NCBI GenBank assembly: GCA_951804945.1
Contig: OX638150.1
Coordinates: 40,114,001-40,178,000 of the forward strand
Origin: Podarcis cretensis
Lineage: Eukaryota
Reading direction: 5' to 3'
DNA: 64,000 nucleotides
In this document: positions 25,553 through 36,710 of the stretch, one piece after another
How positions within the stretch are numbered: the first letter of the stretch is position 1
Layout of the letters: each line of letters opens with the position of its first letter
Notes under the pieces: model-generated
Told to the model about the DNA's origin: nothing
The model's database searches: none
What the model saw: the letters and a program-made list of their open reading frames with translations, nothing else
Position numbers and translations under genes: made by a program

Positions 25553-26557
25553 GTTCGTAGATATTTTGCTCATTGTCTTCTACTTACAGTCTAGAATTGG
25601 TGATGATGGCTTAAGAAGTAAGGTGACCATTTATGCATCACCAAACCCCCCACCCCCACCCACAGATTTGCATAACATTTACATTATGCTATTTTATATG
25701 TAGAGGTGCAGATTTTAAAATAATAATTTAAATAGAAATACAATGCATTTCATCTTAGTGGGGAGAACTGTGACCTGTGTGCCTGCTCAGTTGGTTGTCC
25801 AGGTTGGTAGCTATTGTCAAGCAACTTCAGGGGTCCTGCTTTCCCTTTTATGGTTCTTTATCTTTAAAAAGGCATCTCTTCCAATAGAGGACTATCCTCT
25901 GAAAAGTAGAACATGTGGCCTCCCTATCAAGAAGTCATAATCAGTTAATCCTAACTGGGGCCCTGTCCCCAAATCATCATCTTTTTATTGTCTCCAGATG
26001 AGGCCTCAGGCACTGTTTTTGGTTCCGAAAGCCTCAGTTTCTTGCTTTCTGCAAACATATAATTGTGTGAACAAAAATACAAACATTGCCGAATTCAAAA
26101 TTGTAGATGAGAAGTGTGATTAAATTGTGTATGTATGACTTGCCGGAAATGCACTAGAAGTAAACAGGTTGGACAAGGAATGCAAAAAACATCCCTGCAT
26201 CCCCTGGAAGTAGCACATACATTGCTTGGGTTCTGAGCCTTTTGCAAGTGTTCTTACTCCAAAAATGATAGAATGATAGAAGCATCTTTTTTTAAGAGTA
26301 ACATTTAGCAACTCCTGCATCTGAAAAGGGTATTTGGAGTTTGTGTGGAGAGTCAAGTAAACTGTTCCACACAGCTCCATCCTGTATACCTTTCACTGCC
26401 TTGGGGCAAGCTGATTATATTAATGAGACTTCTGCACCTGCAAGTGATTTACTGGGTGTACAAAATGAAGACGCAGAAACTTCAGCCAAGTTATCCAGAT
26501 TTCTGTGTCAGTGGCCCTGGCATACACCCTAATGCCTTGATTTCTCTTCGTTTGCAG

Positions 26558-26964
26558 GAGCATTGCTGCTGGGGGGGATTCTCTACTCCTGGCAGTTCCC
26601 TCATTTCAATGCACTCAGTTGGGGGCTCCGCGAAGATTACTCCAGAGGTGGCTACTGCATGATGTCTGTCACCCACCCAGAAATGTGCAGGCGGGTGGCT
26701 CTGCGTCATTGCCTCGCCTTAATTGGACTTTCATCACTGGCTCCCATCCTTGATGTCACCACGTGGACTTTCCCCATAATTTCTCTTCCCATCAACTTGT
26801 ACATTTCCTACCTTGGCTTTCGTTTCTACAGAGACGCTGACCGTGGCAGCTCCCGGAAGTTGTTTTTCTGCAGCTTGTGGCACTTGCCAATGCTCCTCTT
26901 GCTCATGCTGACTTGCAAGAAATCTTGGTACAAAAAGGACAACGAAAAGGAATCCTTGAGTTGA
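26558..26964 (+). CDS. COX10: COX10 terminal coding exon (equivalent to human exon 7)
   Basis: Branch-point-like CCCTAAT near 26527-26533, pyrimidine tract and TTTGCAG| acceptor at 26557. Encodes (G)[40 protein letters not shown]...[21 protein letters not shown]..., stop TGA at 26962-26964. WQFPHF and DY..GGY.M are hallmark COX10/CyoE motifs. Confidence 0.97.
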
Positions 26965-27626
26965 GGTCGCATCATGTTGAAAAACATTGCCTTTGTGATA
27001 ACTATTGGTTTCAGAGGCTCCGGTTCAAAATGGCGTACATTTTTCAGTTATCATGCAGCAGGGAGGTTTTCTGTTGATGTATTCAGAGAGAATATTTTGT
27101 GTCCAGTGAACACTCTCTGTGATTTTTTTCAAATTAAATAATTTGATTTGGGACACACACATGACTCTTGGATTTGATTTTCGAATGTGAGATCCTTTCT
27201 TTGACTATACGGAAATGATGCTAAGATGCGTGTTATATCTTAATAGCATACTGATGAAGGAACAAATCTCTAATTCTTAAGGCAAGCTTGCTGAATCTAG
27301 TCCGGCAACAGTTCCCACAGGTGACTCATATGCATCTACACTTTTCCACACCAGAACAGGAGGATTAGCTTAACAATATGCAAAAATCACTCTGCCCTAG
27401 TTCTAGGAGTATATTCTCATTCTGTATGGAAAGTTGAAGGGAGTAACAGTATTTGGAGCTGAAAGAAACCACTAGGGAGTGTCATCCTCTCAGAGATGCT
27501 ATTAACCTATGAGGGTGCCCAATTTCCACCTTTATTTAAACGTTTTCTGAATATGGTATAGACAGTTCATAAAGGAAAGATACAGAGAAGTTTGACTGGA
27601 GCCATTAAAAAGCTCTTAAAAAGGAA

Positions 27627-27765
27627 NNNNNNNNNNNNNNNNNNNNNNNNNNNNNNNNNNNNNNNNNNNNNNNNNNNNNNNNNNNNNNNNNNNNNNNNNN
27701 NNNNNNNNNNNNNNNNNNNNNNNNNNNNNNNNNNNNNNNNNNNNNNNNNNNNNNNNNNNNNNNNN
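27627..27765. other. Assembly gap (N run)
   Basis: Run of n. Confidence 1.
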
Positions 27766-27906
27766 AAGGCAGACCACCATGCAGAAATACATGCATGGCT
27801 TTCCCATCAGCCAGGTCTTTGCTCTGTACAAGCCCTCACCTCATCTCTGGTTACCAACTTAGAAGTCCTTTTGGCATTTAAGCAGATCATAAATAATAAC
27901 CCTTAA

Positions 27907-27912
27907 AATAAA
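27907..27912 (+). terminator. Candidate COX10 polyadenylation signal AATAAA
   Basis: First canonical AATAAA I saw after the stop, with GT-rich sequence downstream. ATTAAA alternatives lie at 27133 and 27604, and an N gap lies in between. Confidence 0.4.
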
Positions 27913-27938
27913 GAATGTAAGTACCTGGTAGTATTTGT

Positions 27939-28098
27939 AGTCAAAGCCATGGGGTTAGAAGGGCCCGACAGTTTGGGTAGGTCCAGGAATAACTCCTAGC
28001 ACTAAAATCTGCCCATTGACTCGAAGTGTACAGCTCAGTTCTTGGTTTTCTGACAATTGGCCTGCTTGACAGGAAACAAACTTATGCCCGGCAAATTT
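27939..28098. repeat. Copy 1 of a diverged ~160 bp direct duplication
   Basis: Aligns by eye with 29209-29364 over its whole length. Confidence 0.85.
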
Positions 28099-29208
28099 CC
28101 ACCCCATCAGACCTTTGACAACTTTCATGCCATCCTACTTTCATAGAAGCCTTTTTGGTAGTAGGTTATGATTGCCATCCTCCATCCAGGAAGGAGCTAT
28201 TTGTTGTCTGAATTTCCGTTTCCTAGAAGTGCCTCCGACTCTTATTTCCTGCAACACATCATCAAGCAACCCTGATGGAAATGGAAATACAGAGCGGATG
28301 GAATCAGCTCAGTCTGGCCATGGAGAAAACATTTTGAACCAATCTGAAACAAGGAAATAACCTTCAGGGTGTAACTACTGTGGCTGAACAACCACAGAAA
28401 CAGAAGCTTGTTCACTTTATATGCCAATCTTGTTTATGGCTTCAAGATGCTAGGTTAGTTGAGTATAGTTTATTGCATTTTTTTAACGCTAGCTTTTATA
28501 TCATAGTTTTTCATGTTTCCACTACTTTCAAAAAGAATATTCAAAGCACAATGATCATCTTCCTTTCATCACATACACCCCACCAAATAATTTAAGTTCA
28601 TTTGGAATGTGAAGGTTTATTGGAATATGTGCGAGATCAAGGTGCCTTTCTTGGAGATAGGGGGACCTAGTATAGAACAAGGACAAACTGTTGTTATTTT
28701 ACCTACTTGCATTGTTGTCTAATTGCAGGAAATGGAGAGTTACCAGAAAACATTTGAGATGTCTGAATGAACAATTTGTAGGTGAGAATTGTAGGTGAGA
28801 ACTGAGGGCATCATGGCAATTAATTCACAATGCTACTCTCATCTATATTTGCAAGAATGAGTTGAGGAGAACCTGCACAACCATTTTAACTGTCATATAT
28901 ACAGGTTGATCTACTTCCCCACAGATACATACACACACATCCTCAGAACACAATAATACTATTAAAAGTACAATTCTGTATGTGTCTACTCAGAAGTAAG
29001 TCCTACTGAGTTCAGAACTTCCACACAATTCAGACTACTGCTGAACAAGCTGTAGAAGAGGTCGTACAAAGAAGACAACTAATTTATTTGGCACGATTTC
29101 ATGAATCCAGACCAAGCTCCCACTTAAATCAGTGGCCTGTCTTGTCTATTTGCAATGGTTTCAATGGGACCAAAGTAGGCTGGATCTAAACTATTGTATC
29201 CAAAAGGC

Positions 29209-29364
29209 AGTCAAATCCATGGGGTAAGGGCTCAAAGGTTTTGGGTAGGCCCAGGAGTGACTCCTAGCACAAAATCTGCCCATTCACTGGAAGCATACAG
29301 CTCGCCTCTTGTTTTTCTGACAACCAGCCTGCTTGAAAGGAAATAAACTTCTGCCTGACTAATT
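29209..29364. repeat. Copy 2 of a diverged ~160 bp direct duplication
   Basis: Shares AGTCAAA.CCATGGGGT, TTTGGGTAGG.CCAGGA, ACTCCTAGCAC, AAAATCTGCCCATT, TTTTCTGACAA and GCCTGCTTGA.AGGAAA with copy 1. Confidence 0.85.
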
Positions 29365-29558
29365 CGCATTCTGCCAGTGTTAGATTCTGCTATAAATTCA
29401 TAAGGAACAAGTTCTGGCTTCCAACTGCAATAATACTAGCCTAACTTCCTGGATTATTTTAAGAATTGCTGAAATAATGTATGTGAAGTACTCTCAACAA
29501 TCTAAAATACTAAAGAAATAACATGCTAATTCTCCGATCCTATGCTTACTTGCTGAGA

Positions 29559-29883
29559 TTAAACCACAGAGCCTAGGACTTGCTGATCAGAAGGTCGGTG
29601 GTTCGAATCCCCATGACGGGGTGAGCTTGGGCCCTGCTCCTGCCAACCTAGCAGTTCGAAAGCACGTCAAAGTGAAAGTAGATAAATAGGTACCGCTCCG
29701 GCGGGAAGGTAAACTGTGTTTCTGTGCACTGCTCTGGTTTGCCAGAAGTGGCTTAGTCATGCTGGCCACATGACCCAGAAGCTGTACGCCGGCTTCCTCG
29801 GCCAATAAAGCGAGATGAGCGCCGCAACCCCAGAGTTGTTCGTGACTGGACCTAATGGTCAGGGGTCCCTTTACCTTTACCTT
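29559..29883 (+). mobile_element. Sauria SINE (slightly 5'-truncated)
   Basis: Pol III B-box GGTTCGAATCC at 29600-29610, body CCTGCCAACCTAGCAGTTCGAAAGCAC...GTAGATAAATAGGTACC...GCTGGCCACATGACC, and (ACCTTT)n tail. Resembles lacertid-type copies as I recall them. Confidence 0.92.
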
Positions 29884-30909
29884 AGGGCTTGCTTCTAAGT
29901 AGTCTCCTTAAATGCAGGGGTTTCCAATGAAGAATGAATGAATAACAGAAACACGGGTCCTCTCAAATACAACTAATTTTATTGTTCCAATATGGAGTTG
30001 CCTTGCTTCCACTATCAATTTTGCTAATAAAGCTTTAGTTGGCCTGGTTGTCTTTATGCGCATAGATTCCCATGAGATCAATATGTGGGCAGGCAGGGGA
30101 AGCATAGGAAATACCACGACGGATCAAAACATAATGTTATCCATTTTGGAACTGCAACAGATTTCTTCCTTTCTCTGTTTTAAAGTGTAGCCAGTGGTTG
30201 TGTGTTACTTTGTGCAACTACACCTTCAATCCAAAGTAGTTTTTTTCTGAATTTGAAAAGAGCTGTAGGATAATGGGCAATTGTGTCCATGATCCTTTTT
30301 CTTTCCCAGTAAACCATTAGAGATTGCCACCTGGCCAGCTTTTTCTGCCACCTGATTGCTTTTCTAATACTGAATCAATGACAGTCAATGGACAGCTTCT
30401 AAATGTGCATATATTTATATTAATGAAATACCACAATGCACCAGTGGCTATTATTTTGTTTTCCTTAGGGGTGGGGAAAGGCTACTGATCACAGAAGTGA
30501 GAAAATGGGAAACTATTGATTTGATCTACCATTGCTTGAGGGCCTGTGGCCATTAATATTCCCAGAAACCAGCTTTTGATGCTCAAAGCTGGGAGCTCAT
30601 GAAATCATGTGTTACCTGGCTCTCCCATGTTTTTCATCTTTTTAAATGATTCTAAACAAGGAAATGGAAGAGGTGGAGGTAGAATAAACACACAGCTTGC
30701 CCTAGTATCACCCAAGCATCATATCCCATTGTAACAAATGTCCAGAACAGCAGCCTGTTGCAGTGAAAACAACTGTGGTTTGTGGCAGGCTAACAAGCAT
30801 TGTGTGTACTACAATATACATCTTGTGAATCTGATTGCTACAGACTCGGCCTCACAATTCATTTGAAGGGCATATGCGGTGGACAAGCCAGTTGCTCAAG
30901 ACATCTCTT

Positions 30910-31220
30910 GGAGGTGGATTTAGGGCAGCATGACCAGTTCCCCCACATAGGGCACTGAGCCAAGGCAATGCCTTCTTGCCTACTTCCCAAAGCCTAGAAA
31001 GCACTCAGTTCAGGTTGGAGACGTAACAGCTCTGGCAGGGTCCTAGAGTCCCTCTCCTTCCTTCTCAAAGCCTAGTTAGCACTTGTCCTGCTTTGGGAAG
31101 GATGGTCCTAGAGCCCTCATGCCTCCTTCCCATAGCCCAGTGCCTTGTTTACTCGGCTTTGGGAAAGCAATGTGAAGGCTGCGAGGAGGCATCAAATTTG
31201 GGTCTCACTTGGGGCACCAT
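30910..31220. mobile_element. Decayed non-autonomous DNA transposon (hAT-like)
   Basis: Starts GAGGTGGATTTAGGGCAGC, has internal inverted CCCAAAGCC / GGCTTTGGGA motifs, and ends in GGCATCAAATTTGGGTCTC...GGGCACCA. No clean TSD. Confidence 0.35.
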
Positions 31221-31494
31221 ATTACCATTTCTCTTGCCTGTTTTCTTTTGAAGAAAGAAGACATTCCTCGTTGTTTTGTTTTTTGAAGGAAGGTCAAGAT
31301 GTGGACACTGCAAGAATGACTTAACACTGCTGAGGCAGTTCCGCCGGGTTTGGTTTTCATTTATTTGAAAGGCTGCATGTTTTCAACAGTACAAGGCATC
31401 AAGACGGATGTGAGGCAATCATCCTTCCAAATGTTCCCAACTAGAAGACGGGATTGCACTGGAAGCAGGGGAAATGGTTACAAGAGGAGATCAA

Positions 31495-32060
31495 ACATTA
31501 AGTGATCTGGATTTATTTAAGTTAACTTGGGAGCAGCGGGGTATTATGTCTTACAGTGGAAAATAATAAAATGAAACTCAACAAAGAAAAGCATTAAGCA
31601 TGACACATTGGAAAGAAATGGCAAATGTATAATTACCAAACTGGGGAGACGATTGTCTGGGCTCCAGCATTACCGAGAAGAAATAAGAAGGAATGAGAGT
31701 CTATCTGAAGCTGAGCCAGCAACGTAGCATTTCTTACAAGACAACAGACACTACTTGAAGCTGTATTAACAGCATCTTCAGCCTGCCAGACGGGAGGGGG
31801 TAATAGTCTTGTTTTATTTGGCACTAAGTAGGTCTCAAGTGCAGTATTGTGTCCAGTTGTGGTCACCACTTTTAAAGATGGATTAGACTAAACTGAAAAC
31901 GATTCTGAGGGAAGCAACAAAACTGACACTTTGGAATGCATGACACAGGAGGGGGGGAACTGTAGAAACTTGTCGCGGTTAGTTAGCCTAGAGGAAAGAA
32001 GGGTGGATGGAAAGAAATGATAGCAGCTCTCGGGTATCTAGACATGCAGGGAAGGAAAAC
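31495..32060 (+). mobile_element. Old CR1 LINE ORF2 3' part (continues at about 32915-33090)
   Basis: Decayed motifs DLD.L..W / N.MK.N..K...HIG / SQQ...GCI / LY.AL..P..QYCVQ.W.P.FK...KLE....ATK (GCAGTATTGTGTCCAGTTGTGGTCACCAC). Confidence 0.7.
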
Positions 32061-32239
32061 CTGTAGCAGCTCCTCCCCAAAGGCCCACTTCTCACTGAAG
32101 TGGTAAGCCAACATCTGTGTTGCCCTGCTTCGAATTGCAGGTGAGGGCTGACAGTTGTGCCAGTGGTATAGTGGCATCATGCACAGTGTAACCCAGATCC
32201 ATGTTCTGGCAGGTGCATGCCTTTCTGTCTCTTTGGAGA

Positions 32240-32650
32240 AGGAGTGTCACTGTTGTAGAGCACCTGCCTGCTCTGCATGAAAAAAATGTCATTGGCACCT
32301 CCATTTAGAGCTGGGGAAAACTTCTGACTGAAGAGACATTGCTAGTTGGTGTAGAGTGGACAATAATGGGCTAAATCAGGCGTGTCCAAAGTCCATTTCG
32401 GGGGCCTAATCTGGCCCCCCAGTCAGTTTAATCCAGCCCCTGTGGCAGTTAATTTCCTGGGGTAAAATCCTAAAAAAAACCCTCAACAACTTCAATCCTA
32501 AAAAAAGGTTAACAACTTTGGCCAGCCCTTTGGTAGGCCCTCACGGCCCTTCACTTCATCAAATCTGGCCCTCTTTGGAAAAGGGTTGGACACCACTGGG
32601 CTAGATAGACCAATGAATAAGGCAATTGTTATAAGGCAATTGTGTTTCAT
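32240..32650 (+). mobile_element. Decayed squamate tRNA-derived SINE interrupted by a hAT MITE
   Basis: GTAGAGCACCTG...TGCATG...GGCACCTCC...GCTGGGGAAAAC...GACAATAATGGGCTA[insertion]GATAGACCAATG...ATAAGGCA follows the layout of a common squamate SINE. Confidence 0.55.
32377..32598. mobile_element. hAT (Charlie-like) MITE
   Basis: Imperfect TIRs CAGGCGTGTCCAA / TTGGACACCACTG. 8-bp TSD GGCTAAAT (32369-32376) / GGCTAGAT (32599-32606). Subterminal GGCCC motifs. Confidence 0.85.
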
Positions 32651-32766
32651 AACTGCATACTTCTCCATCAGGAAGATCCTGCAGACAGAAAACTAGATGT
32701 CAAAGAGAAATCTTCTAGAATATCCTTCTGCCCAACATGCTAGTTTTCTATGAGTTTTTCTATGAG

Positions 32767-32833
<67 letters not shown>
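32767..32833. repeat. (CTTT)n microsatellite
   Basis: About 16 CTTT units. Confidence 0.95.
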
Positions 32834-32834
<1 letters not shown>

Positions 32835-33204
32835 TGACTCAAGTGGCACTGTCAAGACACGGGTTTAAAACCTCAGGGAAACAAGGACATGAGAGAAGCA
32901 CTGAATGGAGAAGAGACATCAAATTAAAGTTTCAGCAGAGCTGAAATCAGGTGAATACCTTCCTAACTGTAAGAAGCGGACCACAGAATAAGTTGACTGT
33001 GGAAGTTGGGCGATCTGTTTCTGGAGGCTTTTAAAGGGAGGCTCCATGAGGTCAGCTCTTGTGGTTCTATGCATTGGCATTCTTATAGATCCCCCAGGGA
33101 AAATGATACGTTGCTAGGCTTTCAAATTAAGAGCTCATTCCAATGCCCTGTTTCTTTCTTGCCACTTAGTTATGGCTAGAAAAAAACTTTTGCCCAAAGC
33201 ACAC

Positions 33205-33403
33205 NNNNNNNNNNNNNNNNNNNNNNNNNNNNNNNNNNNNNNNNNNNNNNNNNNNNNNNNNNNNNNNNNNNNNNNNNNNNNNNNNNNNNNNNNNNNNNNN
33301 NNNNNNNNNNNNNNNNNNNNNNNNNNNNNNNNNNNNNNNNNNNNNNNNNNNNNNNNNNNNNNNNNNNNNNNNNNNNNNNNNNNNNNNNNNNNNNNNNNNN
33401 NNN
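33205..33403. other. Assembly gap (N run)
   Basis: Run of n. Confidence 1.
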
Positions 33404-34682
33404 GGACTTATGACATTTAAAATAATTAAATGCACAGGAATAAAAACAAACTAGTTAAAAACAATAGATTTGTTGATGTTGATGTTTTGAAGGTAACATG
33501 CTGGTCTTGCAGGGAGGGATTTTAAATGAAACATTTAAGTGAGCAAGTTTCCATTCATCAGAGGGCTGTGAATGGTTTCCCTGGCCCACTTCAAAAGACC
33601 GGGGCAGTGTGTCCGCTGGGGTACAACTCATTCAGGGGCACTACAGGAGATGTGAAAACATCTGCTCAAGTCAGGCCGGCGTCTTTCAGGACTGTTTTCC
33701 CCTTGCTAATAATTGTCTGTGTTCTGTCATCTAGAAAGGGGACTTTGTATGTTGTCTCCCAGGTATTCTAATGCTAATTTGTTTAGTTAAAAAGAGAGGA
33801 GGCTAAACAGATGTGAGCCATTTGGTTAGGTTGTAGTTCATTTGTTAGAAAGTGCAAAGGCTTCTTGGGAGGATATTAAATATTACCTTAGCTATTCATG
33901 AACACTTCATATTTCAAGAGAGGGAGGGCGGCAGGGATTGCACTCAATAAATCAAGCTTTTTTATAAAAAAAAAAAAGAATGATGGAAAAAGGCAAACAT
34001 TTGATAAATCTATGTCATTATGCCTGCAGATCAAAGGGCTTTACATATGTATTTATGCAAGTGGCAACCTAGGAGACAATAATAACAAACATAGATCTCC
34101 GGCGGCTTTGCGAAAATAAAAATTAGCCTGTTCTAATCTGTAATTATCTGGGAAATGTGCAAGGCAGGAGGTTGCTGGCTGCAGGAGTGTTTCAACTTGG
34201 TAAAACCAAAGGGATGAAACAGCTTCCATTCAGTTGCCAAATCCCAGGAAACACTGAAACTGGCAAATGTTACTAAGCACAATTCATATAGTTTGGGGTA
34301 GTTAGATGTCTGTCACTACATCGTACTAGTATTTTTGAGTAGAATATAAATGGGGCTGGTTTAATAAATAGGAAATCTAATGTGCTTTTAGGATATTTGC
34401 ATATATAACATACAGTAATCTTATGCCTATTTACCTGAGATTGTCCAGTGTTTATTATTCCTACACAGACATGCAAAAATATCCAGCTATAAGTCCCTCT
34501 CTTGAGTTTTGTGTGCTGTTGATGTGAGATAGGAATCAGAAGAGAGTCATTTTTTAATCAGTTGTACTCGATGAGCCGGGTTTGCATTCCATGTGATTTT
34601 AAGCAACAGCAACAACAGGCTTCAGATGTTAAAGTACTTCTCAATTATGCCTGTAGAATCTTCTCAATCTTAGGCTTTACAG

Positions 34683-34790
34683 CAGCCTTCCTAAATCTGG
34701 TGCCTTCAAAATTCCATTGGCACCATATATATATATATAGCACATTTGGGCTAGCTGATACTGATGGGAGTTATAGTCCAAGAACATTGG
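34683..34790. mobile_element. Decayed palindromic hAT-type MITE (family also at about 61505-61600, 63505-63644, 63780-63900)
   Basis: CAGCCTTCC.AA.CTGGTGCC...CTGATGGGAGTTATAGTCCAA..ACAT.GGA, shared with the other copies. Confidence 0.55.
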
Positions 34791-34794
34791 ATCT

Positions 34795-35283
34795 TAGACT
34801 GGATCCTCAGGTACAGGCACCAGCTGAGTCTGCTCTGGCTCCTGAGGTGATGGAGGACCCATTGCCTGCAGGTGCTCCACTCTCAGCCCCGTCAGGGGAA
34901 GCTGAGGTTGCCTCTGGGTCCAGTAACCCTCCAGCCTCTCCTGAGCTGCAGAGGCTGAGGGCAGAGAGGCGGAGGGAACTAAGTTCCTGCAGGAGGAGTG
35001 CTCGCCTCCAGGCCAGGAGAGGTGAGTCATCTGTGGACCAGGGCCGCCCTATGCCTCGGGGCAGATAAAAGCCAGCCAGCCCCAGTCCCAGGTTGCGGGA
35101 GCAATGTTGTTGGTAGCCTGTTCCTGCCTGCACCCTGTCCTGCTCTTCTGCCAGAGTTCCTGACCTCACCCGACTCCCTGCCTTGGACCCAGCTTCAGCT
35201 TTGACAGACAGCCTCCATACCACACCCTCGACCTTGGACTGGACTCGGACCACGCCGCACAGTTAACCCTCGGGACCAGCACA
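34795..35283 (+). mobile_element. Partial solo-LTR-like element (Gypsy-like), 5'-truncated
   Basis: Abrupt GC-rich block in AT-rich DNA with U3-R-U5-like order: AP-1 TGAGTCA (35023), GC box (35044), TATA-like GATAAAAG (35064), pyrimidine-rich tail with GACC(T/C)TGGAC-like motifs, terminal ...CACA. No 5' TG or TSD identified. Confidence 0.55.
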
Positions 35284-35431
35284 GTTGCTTTACATTATGA
35301 TCCTATGCAAATCAGAAGTCCCACAAATTTCAGTAAATATAACAATGGCAGTTTGATCCTCCACTTGTTGACTTGGAAGCGACTCTCACCATTTTATATC
35401 TTCTCGTAATCAATGGGCTTCCTTCCTCAAT

Positions 35432-35564
35432 TCTAGAAAAATCATAGAAAGGACCACAAGGGTCACCTAGTCCAACCCTCTGCAACGCAGGACTCTTTTG
35501 CCCAACATGGGGCTTGAACCCACAACTCTGAAATGAAGAATCTCATGCTCTACCAACTGAGCTA
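35432..35564 (-). mobile_element. tRNA-headed SINE with CR1-type 3' tail
   Basis: Minus strand reads TAGCTCAGTTGGTAGAGCATG (A-box)...GGTTCAAGCCC (B-box)...CCTGCGTTGCAGAGGGTTGGACTAGGTGACC...GGTCCTTTCTATGA. Same family as 47420-47550. Confidence 0.8.
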
Positions 35565-35747
35565 AGTCCCCATAACTTGTGATGCATCAGTTCCAGTGTA
35601 AATAGTTAATGAATACGGGAAAGATCCATCAGTTTGATTGGCCCAAACATTAAAAGTTCATAAAAGGGCATTGTTCTCTCTGTCTGGCTAGAGTGAACAC
35701 ACTGTATATTTGTGCTCTAAAAAGAGAAATGGAAGTGAAGGACTTTA

Positions 35748-35786
<39 letters not shown>
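35748..35786. repeat. (TTAC)n microsatellite
   Basis: About 9 TTAC units. Confidence 0.9.
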
Positions 35787-36620
35787 TTCTTCCTTGTTCG
35801 ACCCAACCACAATTGTTCTCTGTGTCTTTCCATTCCCCAGCACTGTTTCAGATATTCCAGCCATTCGATTTCTACCTCTTCCCTCGAGCAATGTCCACAC
35901 TCCATCCATCTCACTAAAAAATTAAAAAAATAAAAAGTTCTTTGACATCCAGCCCACATTTTTTCTTGACTCAACTCTGTCATGTCACTCCTACTCATCT
36001 CTCCTTGGAGCGCTGGAAAACACTCCTCCCCATTCAAGCCAAATGGCCTTGAGCCAGCAAAGAACGGTGTTTACAGAAAGAGGGATTAAAACTTTAGGGG
36101 CAGGTCAGGGCAAAAAAAAAAAAGTATAATGACTTCCGGTTTCTTGGGAGAAGAAATGGAGCTGACTGGGTGTTTATGACGGAGAATAAGAGTACACCCC
36201 GAACCCACTCAGCCAATGAAACCCAAAGGAGGGAGTTGTGTTACAACATGAAAATGATTCCCTTTGGCTGAAGATGGCAACATTTCAAAATGAAGTTAGG
36301 CCTGATTTACACATTACAGACATAAGACTATGGAGACTGCTTGAAATTGCTCCACTACTTGGCTGATACAACCACAGAGCTGAAGGAAAGATTAAACTGA
36401 CAAAACACCCTGAACTTCTGATATGAACCTAAAAGCCGCAAGTGGTGTGGAATGGCCACAAAAATGGGGAAACAAATCCACTCTATCCCTGCATCTCTAT
36501 GATGCCCACTTATTTCTGCTCCCCACTCAAAATGACCACATTGCAATGTGCATTGGAACTGGGACCTGTTGGTCACAAAGGGGAAAGCTATTTGTATGCA
36601 ATTTTCATCCATCAGTTCAA

Positions 36621-36710
36621 ATGTCCAATGATGAAAATGGAGTATGTCCAATGATGAAATATCCAGTGATGAAAATGGAGCATCATATAGCAATGATAAA
36701 AATGGAGTAT
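36621..36710. repeat. Degenerate minisatellite, core CAATGATGAAAATGGAG (4 copies)
   Basis: Units begin at about 36621, 36644, 36661 and 36691. Confidence 0.8.

Noticed and set aside
29590-29620. tRNA genes suggested by A/B-box motifs (also near 35500-35564 and 47430-47470)
   Set aside because: The boxes belong to SINE heads followed by SINE bodies and tails; no complete cloverleaf.
34562-35253. 168-aa (+) and 148-aa (-) ORFs
   Set aside because: They span a MITE and a GC-rich LTR-like repeat, are low complexity and have no recognisable domain.
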